Source: Pecten maximus
Taxonomy: Eukaryota
Direction: 5' to 3'
Assembly: GCF_902652985.1 (NCBI RefSeq)
Contig: NC_047021.1
Coordinates: forward strand, 33,108,001 to 33,172,000
Length of the DNA: 64,000 bases
Part shown: positions 38,607-51,682 of the stretch, in pieces
Numbering within the stretch: the stretch's first letter is position 1
How the letters are laid out: every line of letters starts with the position of its first letter
Translations under genes and position numbers: made by a program
The notes under the pieces: model-generated
What the model saw: only the letters and a program-made list of their open reading frames with translations
What the model was told of the DNA's origin: nothing
Databases searched by the model: none

Positions 38607-40296
38607 CCAGATGTGTGATAGACATTGGGTGAACAAACAAGATGTGTATGTGCACGTGTGGAATGGAAAAATTAACATTGTTAAGATCCTGAAATTATAT
38701 ACATTCATGACCTGTATATGTGCTACTTTCTAGGAAATATGACAAGAGTTTACACTGTGGGTGATCATATTTTGCGTGTGACTTCATGAATAAATGATTG
38801 CCGATTTAAAATGTATTGCTTTTTTTTTTCTCAGAGGAGATGGTTATTTAATTTACTTGAAACTATGCCATTATCCTTAATAATAATCCTCATATATATA
38901 ACTATAATCGTTATCTGTTCTAGGTCAGTCTTCAAAGTCTGTTCTGAATAACAGGAGTTATGATCATTTAGTCTCTTGTTTTTCGGACAATATGTCAAAT
39001 GAAGACTCTGGTTCTCCTAGGGCTTATCACATTGGTTTCTGTTTGGCATTAATAGGAGAAATCTGTCACACATTTATCAGCTTTTAGCTATCTTAAGTAA
39101 TGGTATCATGTGAGAGAAACAATTTCATGCTGGAATGTGAGCAATTTCAGTTGTCGAAAATCTTAAGAAAAAGAAAAAAAAATGTTATCAGTTCTAACTG
39201 ATGCTTAGAAATATAAATGAAATATCCAGTAATTGTATTTGATATAAGATCTTTACCCAGCATAAACTAAACGTAAGAGCAATTTGGTAATCTTTATACA
39301 CATACATGCTACAGTGTATGTTCGTAACATTTCCACTTTGTAAGATAGTTATGTTGACAAAGGTAATAAAACATTTTACACTTTTTAATTTTATTTTATT
39401 CAATCAAATACATATATGTATATAATGTACATGTATTTTCAAATATAATTCATCAAGGTACATCATTAAATGAATTTGTACAACGAATGCAATTTTATAC
39501 AAAAATAAAATTAATTTCCCGTTTCAAAGTACAGAATAATGTACATGTATCAGGAAAAAATAATTTTATTTTTGTTGTCATTTAAGCCAAAGAAAAACTG
39601 CAACTAGTGGATTTATAGAAAGAAATAAGTAATTTATTGCAGTTCAAGCTAATTTGGCTCTAATGATATCACAGATTATAAAACATTAACACAAAATATT
39701 TCATTAATACATGTATACCGAATAAATGTTCCTACAACTTTGTATTAAAAATGTTAGTGGTTTAACATTTACAATTGATAGAACCCTTATTACTGATAAC
39801 CCATTTATATCTATTAACTAGTCTCACCATACAGTCTCTCTAAACATGTTGTTACACAATACTTTTAATACCTTCAATACTCTTTCACAATTGGAAAAGT
39901 AAATTATCTAAACCAGCACTGGAAATGTTACATAGTTGTAGTGGGGTCATTCAGGTCAAGAAGCTGATAGCGCCTTTGTACAATACAAAATAGTTCCTGA
40001 TTTCATATCCTTAGTATGAAAACACATTTATTAAAATATTCTACAGGCCATGAATCACTTACATTTACCTTGCATGTTTAATACATCTTGATCTTTTAAC
40101 TAGAAATGTCAATATGATACTGTTTGTCATTTGAAATCAAAGCACATTCTAAGAAACAAACACACAGGCTGATGTTTACTCTCCAGTGTGAGCCACAAAC
40201 CAGTATGTCACTGCTGTGGTAAACAAGTCCACAATTTTCAGTCACATTTGTGAAATTATCAAGATTCTGTCAATAATAATATCAAAACAATAACAA

Positions 40297-43200
40297 TTAA
40301 TATTCAGGAATATAGTTCACTTTTGGAATGGGGGATATAGGGGGCAGCACTTTATGTCGATCTGATCCTGGCCGACTTCTTGACCCCGGTCGTGGGGCAG
40401 ATGGCGGCCTTGCTTCGTGGATTTCTGCTGGCTGACTGGTTTGAGATTTGCCCCCCTTTTCCTCCTCCATAAATTCTAACGGGTTCATGGTTTCTGTGGG
40501 TAACTGGGGACCTTTGCCTCCACCGTGGACTGAACCCTCTGGTGAACCCCCACCCATATCACCGGCTGAGGCAACTGACAACATGGAGTCGGAGCGTTCA
40601 TCACTAGAACTGTCCTCATCTGATTCAGCATGTGGTGGTTTCTGTACAGGGGCAGAGTATGACCTACTGACCTCTCCGTCCCCTAGCCCCATCTGGCCTT
40701 CAACTGTCTGGGGTGCTGTCTTTGGATACCTGCAAATGATCATATTAATTACATATTTATAACGAGCACGCTTACAACAAATTCATGTTTATAATGAAGT
40801 GTTTTGAATTTCCAAAATTGCCGTAAGAAAATAAGTCTGTTATAAGCATAGTTTGTTACAAGCATATATATACACATGTACAATCAAATGTGTATGTATA
40901 TGTGTATAGTGAACTATGATTTCTTGGTCCCAGAGGTGCAATAAAAACGTGTTATGATTTTTTCCATCAATGTGGTGTTATGGGTAATTATTCTAACAAC
41001 ATTATCTCCATGTTATTCTGACAGTAAATACAACAATGTGATATTTTTGCCTTGAATATGAACTTCTGTAATAAGTTTTACAATTTAAAATTATAAAGAA
41101 TTAATGAAACAATATCAGATAACTATAGAAGATATTATGTCAACAATTTGAAGGATAGGTATAGAAACAGTACGACATTTTTTCAATAAAATGTTAATCC
41201 TGTAAAAATAGATAGAATCTCAGATTTGTCAACATTTCATTGGAGATATTCTCGCTCTGATATCGTCTGAGTTGTAAATTCTATTAATACATGTAAACTA
41301 CCACCCCCCCCCCCCCACCCCCAATAAGCCTGACAATAAGTGCAGAAGACAACATTTCTCCTGCCTAATAAGTGTGAACACTTACTGGGTTACAATCTGT
41401 TCAAACAGTGGAGGGATATAGCCTGATACAGCATCCCTAGCTGCACTATGTCTTCTTCTCCAAGATGCCTCTTCCTATAATTGAAACATTTGTTTATTCA
41501 TTGTCAAAGATGTAAAGATTTTAACTGTTTTTAATTAGTTTTGATGAATTGTTTTTCTTTTAGTTTTTCTGAACAAAAGATTATCCTATCAAAATCTAGC
41601 TAGATCTCGAAAATCATCAGTCATCATATTCTCTAGTGAAATGTTAACATGAATATCAATCTCAAATTTTAATTCTTACAAAGTTTTCATAGATTCAAAC
41701 AAAGCCAAGATTCTTAAACATGCTATTATATGGTTAATTGAAGTTAGATCAAATACAGGTTTTATCACATATTTAATTTTAACAAGATGTTGACATACAA
41801 GCATGCCACGCCCTGACTGTACGGGAGACTGCGTAGCCTTTGTTCGTGTGTAGGCCTGAGACATCCCTGCACTATCTGCGATACTTGGTTTGGACCATGT
41901 CCTAGTTCCTATCTGCGTTGTTCCATGGACATCAGTTTCTATATGTGTTTCGGCGTCACCGTCAATAGAACCCGCTGGTGATCTGTTGAGGCTGATTCCT
42001 AAGTAGTCCATGACCAATCGCCGTAAGCGTTTGTATGCAACCTGAATGTCATCTACGGGGGAAAAAATATGACAAATTGTAAACTATTTATTTTTTACAT
42101 GTTTAAAGCAGTGCTCCATTCATCAAATTCTTAAATTCTGCCTGTTCTATTTTTCTCAAGATTTAAGTCCCTTTCTGAAAAATACCCCATCAAACAACAA
42201 TAAAACTAGGGCAAAATATCAACAACATATAGATTCAAATGGAGACCCTTGAAAAACAATAAGGAGAATTAAACTAGGTATTCCTGAAAAATCCAGGTAC
42301 ATGTATAATGTCATGCTCTCAAAATGAGAAGCAAGGTTTTGATAGAAATTACTCACTTAGTTCATTCAGTATCAGTCATGATTAGTCGTTTCTATATCTT
42401 TCTATATATAATGAAATAGAAAGTGCAGTTTCTAATAAAGATATGATTTATCTTACCACTATCGATCATCATATCGAAAAATCCTGGGTGCTCCTGGTTG
42501 TAGCCAGCATACAGATCGCCTCGTGACAGGGTGTACTCTATCTGGCTCTCTGTGTATGCTGCTTTTTCTCTCAGGCGCTTCTCATGGCAGTCACGACCAA
42601 GTGGCATGATTAAAACGTAGCGTGGCTCGAAGTACGTGTTTTTAATCGTCAGTACACCCTGTAAACAGGATTATGAAAAAACAATGACCATTGTTTGACA
42701 GAGAAAATGATTTGATAAAAATTTGCATATATTATAGATACTAGATTGGTGCTATATGTATATCATCGTCTATATTGAAACATATCGATGATATTACCCT
42801 CTAGAAACAATAATTCAATACAGAGTAAATTCCTATGTTAATTGTATTAGTACAGGTATAGTGTTCTCCAAATAATTTCCCATCAAGTTACACAATTAAA
42901 GCTTAGATGTAATTCTGACTCCGACGTCTTACCTAAACTAATAGTAAATTTATAAGTTTGATTACAGCTTACAATAAACTTTCAATTGATTAAGCCATGT
43001 GGTGACTTGGTGACATATTTCATAGGTTTTATAACACTGGAAAGACTGACTTTTATGGGTTTTTTTTACAAAATATCTAAACAACTTAGAACCCCGTACA
43101 TATTTACAGAGAAAAGTGATGTACCATACAATTAAAATCAATGAATGAAACACCCAGCATGCCACTGGCAGAATATCATGATTCTAGGCCTAAACAGAAT

Positions 43201-46200
43201 GGCTATTAAAAAAAAAAAAAAATTGCCTCACCTCTAACTCCATGTGAACGACACAGGCCAGTCCCTCCCTGGCCACACTCTCTATAGACTCCATCTGTAG
43301 GCCGTACCAGTCGCCGTGGTACTGGTAGGTCTGGAGAAACTGGCCCTGCAACAAATTTTTATCTTATAAGTCTCTGCTTAAATGTATCTCTACCATGGAT
43401 TCGTCATTTAAGATTAAATCTGCATTTTCAGTTTTTCTGGATTATCTACTGGTAATGAAGGTGGCTGGATTATCTACTTGGAATGAAGGTGGCTGGATTA
43501 TCTACTGGTAAAGAAGGTGGCTGGATTATTTACTGGAAATGAGGGTGGATTGATTATCTACTTGTAATGAAGGTGGCTGGATTATTTAGTGGGAATGAAG
43601 GTGGTTAGATTATCTACTGGTAATGAAGGTGGCTGGATTATTTAGAGGGAATGAGGGTGGCTGGATTATCTATTGGGGACAAAGGTGGCTGGATGATCTA
43701 CTTGGAATGAAGGTGACTGGATGATCTACTCAGAATGGAGGTGGCTGGATTATTTAGTAGGAATGAGGGTGACTGGATTATCTACTGGTAAAGAAGGTGG
43801 CTGGATTATTTAGTGGGAATGAGGGTGGCTGGATTATCTATTGGGGACAAAGGTGGCTGGATGATCTACTCAGAATGGACATGGCTGGATTAAGTTAGTA
43901 GGAATGTAAAGGGCTACATTATCTCCAGTGAATGAAGGTGGCTAGATTATCTACCAGAATTTTTCCAACAATCACTTTACACATCAATCAATGTAAAAAT
44001 GTAGTTACCATTTTGATATCCATTTCAAATTTTTCCAGAGTCACAAAATGGTAGTCAACCCCGTCAGTCTCATCCGGCTGCTTTTTTCGTGTTGTGTGAG
44101 ACACTCTTAGTAAGGAACAATAACAATATTCGTTCAAGACATGTAAAAACTTTGAAATATGCTGTATCTGTAATTGTCCTATCAAAATATATACACACTG
44201 TGAATGTTTGTCACCAGCGCAGGACATCAATATGCATGTAATCACCTCAATGAGTGATAATATTGAATTAAACCATCTTTTAGTTTTAAGGAAATTATGT
44301 TTTTCAAATTAGTCAACATTTAACTTCTACAGTGAATTTTGCCCGAGTTTCCTCTGGCCCTAACACCATGTCTGGAGACATCTAGCTGACACAGAATGTC
44401 CAAGTCTGGTGTCAGGGCCAGAGGAACTTGGACTACAGTGAATTTTATTAAACTGTTAAGCAAAAGTTATAATCTGTATATTTAACAGATATTTTTAATT
44501 TGGTAATATAACATTTGTTTTACTCACGCATATCCAAAGTAATCTGAAAACTCGTCAACCAGCTTCATGGCGAGGTTCTTCTTGCCAGATCCCTGGGGTC
44601 CTACCAGAACTAACATGGGGTAAGGTGTCTCTATACTGGGTAGTGTGCTGAAAAGACAATTTACAATTTATAGAATTGAAATATTATATCTGCAAACATT
44701 TGAGTGACAACGAAAATGTTGATGCAGAAATAAGGATTTCTTGACTTAAATGTTTTGAGTGTTTAGCTATCAAATAATGAAACTGTTATTTCTTCTTGTT
44801 ATGAAAGAAAATTCTATGCTTTCTAAGATCTCAGTTTTAGAATGTATAGTTGCTGCAATACCAATACCAGAATGAACTGTTACATTATTGTTAAATGTCC
44901 CTGTCAGGATTCCACAGTGATCGTTACCTGTCAAGGACTCGGCTAAGCTGCAGGAAGGAATAAACAACATGCATGATATGGTCCCTGGCTGCAATCACCT
45001 CCAGTGGTGGGTTGAACATGTTTACGGATGCCACCTGAAAGGAATACATTTCAAAACTGATATCTTCCACGGAGTGTCGGTGGTAATAAACAATTACACA
45101 GTGATAATTGGGAAATGACATTCATAGCAGATATGAATGTCATCTGGATTTGGAAGGGATTTATGTAGCAATGTCTATACACTACAGTAGTAAATATAAC
45201 TTTGATGAATAATAAAAGATTCCTTCAAGGAGGCCACATATCTCAAATATTTTAGAATGTTTAAGAGATGAAATACATTTTAAAATTGTATGGAGCGCCG
45301 TTTTACTATTTATTCCCATTTGGTGATATCACCTATTCAAATGAGTGATATCACCTATTCGAATAGGTGATATCACTTAAGAACTTTTTAAAGTGATATC
45401 ACCTATTCGAATGGGTGATATCACCTATTCGAATAGGTGATATCACTTATTTGAAAAATGAATTGGTGATATCACCTATTCGAATAGGTGATATCACTGA
45501 TTGAATAGGTGATATCACCAAATGGGAATAAATAGTAAAACGGCACCCCATAAAATTGTAAGCTATACATTTCCTATAAAAAAAAAAAACTTGAATACAC
45601 TGCCGTTGATTTTTTTCAAATTATGTTTGTTCAACTTTTATTTGATTTTTTGAACATTTCTCATGTTGTTGAAAAATATTTCTAAAAGTAATTTATTTTG
45701 TTACCTTTTCCTCAGCTTCCACTCGGTGACGATCCAGCTCATTCAGTCTCTGCATCCTATACAGTATGGACAATCGATAATCTGGAAGCTCCTGGATTGG
45801 GTTCCTTAATAAATTCAACACTCGCAACATCTCCAAATCTTGTATATATTTGACTTCTGAAATATCTATCACCTGAAATTCAAGAAATGAAAACTTATAC
45901 AACAAAAAAACATTTTTTGTTATTTTGAAAATTAATAGGTAAATAAAGAATTGAATTGAGTCTTTTAAAATCTATGAATTTCATGCACTTTAACTGAAAC
46001 CTTCATTCTCTAAGCTATGCTTCCTTATATTGAATTTTGATGAAAAGAAATAGTTTGAAACTGACCTCATTGTCCTCAAGGTCAATGGACTCCAAAAGGT
46101 CATGTTCCTGCAATCCCTTCAGGCTTCGGATATTGTTTCCAGCAAAATTCACTCTCTATAAACAAAAATTGAAAAAAATATAATCTATACTTACAAAGCC

Positions 46201-49200
46201 CATACTAAATATACAAAAGTTCCGGAAATTCCATTATTATATATCTTTTATCACAATTTTTATTTCCTTTATCATAATTTCTAAAAAAGTAAAAAAAAAA
46301 AAAACAACAACAAAAAAACCAAAAAACTAAACAAAAAAGTACATTTAACTACAAAACAATAAGAACAGTAAATAGTAATATACAATCAATTGTGAAAATC
46401 TATCATTGTTATATCAATTCCAATCAATCAAAATAAAACCATACATTAACTATATAAAGTGTTGTTCTTACCAGCAATTTCTTCAAAGTTTCTAGATTTT
46501 CTATCCTCTTAATCTGATTGTGGCACTGAAAATTGAATAAGGAAAAATTACATGTTTAAATTAAACTATATTATGTGATATACAATGTAAATACCACGTA
46601 ATCTTTTTATTTGATTTTGTCAACTAATAATGAATAAGTTTATTTCATTTTCATGTCATATTGTCTTATGATTGCAAAAATAATTCCAAATGTCCAAAAT
46701 ACACCAGCTCTTTGACTGAGTTATCTGCCCCTACAGGGCCTTAATACATACCAGGTCCAGATGTTGAATTGGCAGGCAATCAAGTCCCTGTATCTTTGAG
46801 ATTTTGTTGTGGGCTAGTTGTAGAGTATTCAATCTCTGGCAGTTTTGTAGGCCATGTATCTCAGATATATGATTGTCTGTTGTAAAGTTAAGGTGAATTG
46901 GGCAAAACTATACATCTTTAATTATATTGCTTTCTGTACAATAAAAAGAATAAATAAAACAAAAAGATACAAAAACTTTAAAAAAAAATTCTATACATGT
47001 AAAAATATTGAAGAAATAATGAAATACTTAATCTTAATTACTGACAATTGTATGTGATTAAAACTAACAGTGTACATAAAAAGCTTTATTGATAAATTTG
47101 CAAATTGATATTGGGTACTACAAATTTTTTTTTTATCATTTTATATCACAATGAAAAAAAATTATTACACAGAAAAACCTGATTTTTAAATATTATATCC
47201 ACATTCCAGTATCATTTTAATGCTGGATGTGCATAAATAAACTTTTGGTAAACTGGGGTTTGATGGAAAAAAAAAATAGACAAAAAATATTCATAGGCAA
47301 ATCAAGTATTCATGCATGCATATATTGTCAAATTAAAATTTTGCAATTCACATGCATCTAGGCTAGTTCAATTACCATACAATGGTATCAAATTGAAATA
47401 ATTATTGCAAAACAATAAAATGTTGCCAAGGATACGGTTCAGATTGAGTTTCATCAGATAATGATGCTGCGACAGGTCGGACATCTCTGTAATCTCATTG
47501 TATGAGAGATCAACTTCCTTCAGATTCTTTGGTGGCTCAAAGTCGAGAAGGCGATTGATCTTATTGTGTGAAACATCCAGGATCAACATGTATTTCAGGT
47601 GACTCAATGGACTGAGATCTGAAGTTTAAAGATAACAACCTCCTGTACTATAACCACAAGTACAATATAAAATGTAGAAAAACATATAGTGTGCATCAGT
47701 TTGTATATGAAAGCAATTACATAAGCACTTCTAACTACAGCTACTGGTGACATGATAAACTTGACCTTGGCATTTTGATTGTAAATAAACATGCATCTAG
47801 ATTATTTATCCTGTGAAAAAAACAACCAATAAGTTTATAATGAGATCATAAATTTAGCAATTTCCCTGACCTTATGGTAATTGACATAAACATTTCTTTA
47901 ATTTTGGTTATCAAACATAAATAAAAGATTGTGTTCTCCCCATCTCTCTTTTTGATAAAACTTAAACAACATTTCCAATTAAAACATATATATACAAAAA
48001 TGTACATATGACTGTTAATGTAGTAATAACGACAGTATACAGACAAGCAAATTGTCAAATTTTCCAGGTATATATCAATATACATGTATACATATAGATA
48101 CACATGTGATATTATTCTGCCCTGGTAAGTGCAATAATAATTAATTGACTGTTTGTAGACAATTGATATCATGACCAAGGAATTTAATACATATCATTTC
48201 AAATTATTTCATGGCCTTGCTTAGAGGTCAATCTGATACATTGAGTTATTGACCAATCAACTATTTTTTAAATTCAAAGACCGCTACAAGACACCATATA
48301 TATGTTCAAATTCTTCCAAATAATCTGAACTCTCAATTAAACAAACCAAAATAGCATAATTTTGTTTTTCACTTTAAAATGATTGCATAATTTTAATTCC
48401 AAAATTTGTATTTCATACAAGAAAAGAGACAGAACAAATTGTTTAATAAAATTTGTATAATTTGTGTAATACCATAATATATTTACCTGTGATTTCATTG
48501 TAAGGAAGCTCCACTTTTTGAAGGTGGACAAACATTTCGATCATTTCAATATCTTTAAGACTGAATCCCTGAAAAAAGAAACATGCGTAAGAAGTTATAT
48601 TTATGTACTTTCAAAATAATTATTTATTGTTCCATGATTATAATGTAAAGCTTGGATGTGGAGCTTAAAAATGATCACAAGAATATATGCTTACAATAAA
48701 TAATACTCAAGATGTTTGTGTTTAATTTGCTCTTGCAAGTTTTCTTATCTTAATTGTGGTATTTACAGCTACTGACACAGAATGGATCTACTCTGTATCA
48801 GTATACACTTACATATGACAAATGCTTAAATAGAACTTGAAACATAAACTAGTGTTAACTTCTAACATATTTTGTTAATAATTTACAAACTTTCATTAAT
48901 ATTTACCGGTACTGTGACATGTAGATAGACTTGCATGGCCCCATCTGCTGATCGTCCCAGGTTAGAAAGACCTCGGCCAATAGTTTCCTCATCCAGAATC
49001 CCTCCAGGGGATAGCTACAATAGTTCAACAGAGACAAAAATTAGGTCTAAATATATTTTTTCTTTCTAATTTTGAAACAAGAAATCAGTGTCAATCCCTT
49101 ACTAGCTGATGAGTTATTAATGAAAATAAATTTAAATGATACATAAACATTTCATTACAGCAAACAAAAACATTAATTAGTTTAATGTTCAGAACCTTCA

Positions 49201-50661
49201 CTTTCATGGACATTTTCCTACAACTATTTAAGACCTTAGATCATAGCTGGAATATGCATCAGCAATATGGTCACCAGCTTAGTGACGAATGAGATAGAAT
49301 AGCCATTGAATACTCCAAAGGATTGACACATGTCTATTAAATGCCTAGCCTGAATATTGTCCTTCCCTCACTGGAGTACATGAATGAGTGTACCGACATA
49401 ATAGACCTGTTCAAAACACTTGAAAGCGTTAACATTATGCAGCACAACAAGATGCTTCAAACAACTATTTACCAAGGAATAGGAGGCCAAAACAGAAAAC
49501 TGTTAATGACAAGTGAATCATTCAAACTACTTTCACACATAATAGGGTTGGGGACAGTCTTGCAAGCTATGTAAAAATAATCAGTTAATCACCATCAATA
49601 AACGGTTTTAAACACAGCTTAAACAAAGCTTCCAGTGTAGTACACTACATACAGTTCCTCTCTAAGAAATTTCTTAAAACATTTTTTAAAGAATCAATAA
49701 TTTATTTTTATTTTTTTTTATAATAGCCTGAGGTAATTTACACCTGCTCAAACTCATGTGGAACATCCCCTTAATTAATGTAACAAAAAATGTCACGATT
49801 TTTTTCGCGCACTTTCTCCCTCATTTTGGATGTGGAATGAGGGAGATCTTCCTCATTCCATTGGAGATTTCAGAGGTTGTCATGTATGGTGTACTCTGCG
49901 ATCAAGATAAATATTAGGCAACTGGACTAAAAGTGTAAAAAAAATTATAAAAATTACTTCTAAAAGCTAGAAGAAGCTTACTATGACTCCTATTTGAACT
50001 TAATTGTACAGAAACAGTTTGCAACTAAAATTAAAGACTAGATTTGTATTGCTTTGTTAAACTTTACTGTTTACCATCACTTTGTTGTTGTCATAAATCA
50101 ATTTTCGGAAGAGATGCTTTGGATAGATACTGCATGTTCACTACTGAATATCTACCTTTAGAATAATGACATTTCATGTTTTTAATGTAAAAGTATTGTG
50201 ATACTTATAATTAGTATGTTTTTGTTTCGCCTTTCTTTGAATCATGTATTCATGTCTTGTTATTTAAATGCAGCTTTAGATCTTTGTGAAATTACTTCAT
50301 CAGATAGAAAGTTTGTCCTCGTGCAGTAATGCGACAGGTTCTGATGTTACATCGCCTTTGAAGATGATAACATAGTAAGGTCGTCTTGAATTTCAGACTA
50401 CTCGTACTGCACAGTACTGTACAGTAACAGTACTAGGTAGTTAATTTACAGTACCTCGACATCTTCTTCATCAACTTCATCATCTGCATCGTCCAACTCG
50501 TCAGTTATCTCCTCTCTATCTATGACTGCTGAATCATTAATCATATTATCTAGAGATAAAATGTTGGTATCATAATTTAGTACGTGAGTTTCACCTCCCA
50601 CATGAACAACATTTCCCTCCACCACAGGAGAAGAGTGATCCGATACACCGTTGTCCGCCAT
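40297..50661 (-). CDS. LRGUK: Leucine-rich repeat and guanylate kinase domain-containing protein, ~810 aa
   Basis: 16 exons: 50661-50455, 49014-48907, 48568-48487, 47618-47436, 46876-46752, 46525-46472, 46155-46066, 45872-45705, 45034-44928, 44647-44528, 44105-44009, 43345-43232, 42658-42457, 42052-41799, 41474-41386, 40729-40297 (2433 nt, in frame). SDS22-like LRRs, LRRcap (NPIQELPDYR), and GK domain (GPQGSGK, SHTTR, DGVDYHFV). Confidence 0.92.
43439..43955. repeat. 28-bp minisatellite, ~18 copies, in an LRGUK intron
   Basis: Unit ggattatctactggtaatgaaggtggct. Confidence 0.92.
44339..44434. mobile_element. MITE of the same family as 33576, 9-bp TSD cagtgaatt
   Basis: gcccgagtttcctctggccct...agggccagaggaacttggacta between direct repeats. 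Confidence 0.75.
45291..45550. mobile_element. Foldback MITE with internal ~21-bp palindromic repeats, 10-bp TSD taaaattgta
   Basis: Long TIRs gccgttttactatttattcccatttggtgatatcacc and complement; TSD at 45281-45290 and 45551-45560. Confidence 0.85.
46877..47435 (-). other. U12-type (minor spliceosome) GT-AG intron, LRGUK intron 4
   Basis: 5' splice site GTATCCTT; branch sequence TTCACCTTAAC at 46897-46887, just upstream of the CAG; no polypyrimidine tract; reading frame preserved. Confidence 0.85.
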
Positions 50662-51682
50662 GTTTGTTTCCTTTCGCCTAGAAACAAATAGTACCGCAGC
50701 AAAAAAATGTTCGCGGTGATACGCTAGATATAATTTTCCCAATCACCATCTATAATGATAAAATTTAATAAAATAAATACTGTGACTATGCTTACTAATA
50801 TTATCATCTCATTACAACACATTCAATATATTTTATATCAATTGATTTTTAATACTGTGATACCCTCGTACGACATATTATGCATGTAGATATCTTAAGG
50901 ATCCTTTGTCGTCATATATTTATGTGTTACTAAGATATCTAGATTCATAATCTGAAGTTACTAACTAAATAAATGCCATTAAAGTTCGGAATATCGTTTT
51001 CGGATTGTTTACTTAATAGTTAGAGAAGTATGTAGATCTACAGAGACATGTAAAAAGCATTTTGACATTTCATGACTCATTGATTATGCAGAGACCTATA
51101 TAGTATATAGGTCTCTGGATTATGATAGTATTTGTGTAATTGTTCGTAGCCTATTTCAAGACATATAATGCACTTTATATATTAAATATATTAAACTTTA
51201 GTAATATCTTAATCCCTGATTTCAGCACCGGCATTATCAACGGCACAGGGACTTGAACGAATTTTCAACCCACGGATCATATAAATTATCAGGGACATAC
51301 ATCTATGTTTATGTATGTCTCTGCCATGATAATAGAATAAATATATAATATGAACCATGGGTAACAATGTAAAGATGTACTCTTTTAAATCCCATTGAAT
51401 ACTGATTTTTGTAAGAATGTCCCTGGAGCAGGTCCGTGATCTTGTATTATGAATGCCGGAAATGAACAATTCATAGCTTAAAGTCATTTCGTAAGGTATA
51501 TGACTATAGAATACTCAATGTTTCCGTACGGCTTTAAGGAAATTTTTATTTTTAATTATATTTTATTATCATGTACAAAACGATATTTTTATTTAACATT
51601 TTTCGAGAAGAAAAAAGAGTAACAAGCATCCTTAAATTTTGAATTGGTACATGCGCAGATATAATCGAAGGAGAGATCCAAC
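50662..51682. promoter_or_regulatory. LRGUK/TUFM divergent promoter region
   Basis: ATGs are 1.02 kb apart, head-to-head. X-box-like TTCGCCTAGAAAC at 50673-50685; YY1-like AACATGGCGG overlaps both start codons. Confidence 0.55.
51089..51117. mobile_element. 29-bp palindromic mini-MITE with 7-bp TSD gattatg
   Basis: cagagacctatata-g-tatataggtctctg; direct repeats at 51082-51088 and 51118-51124. Confidence 0.7.
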
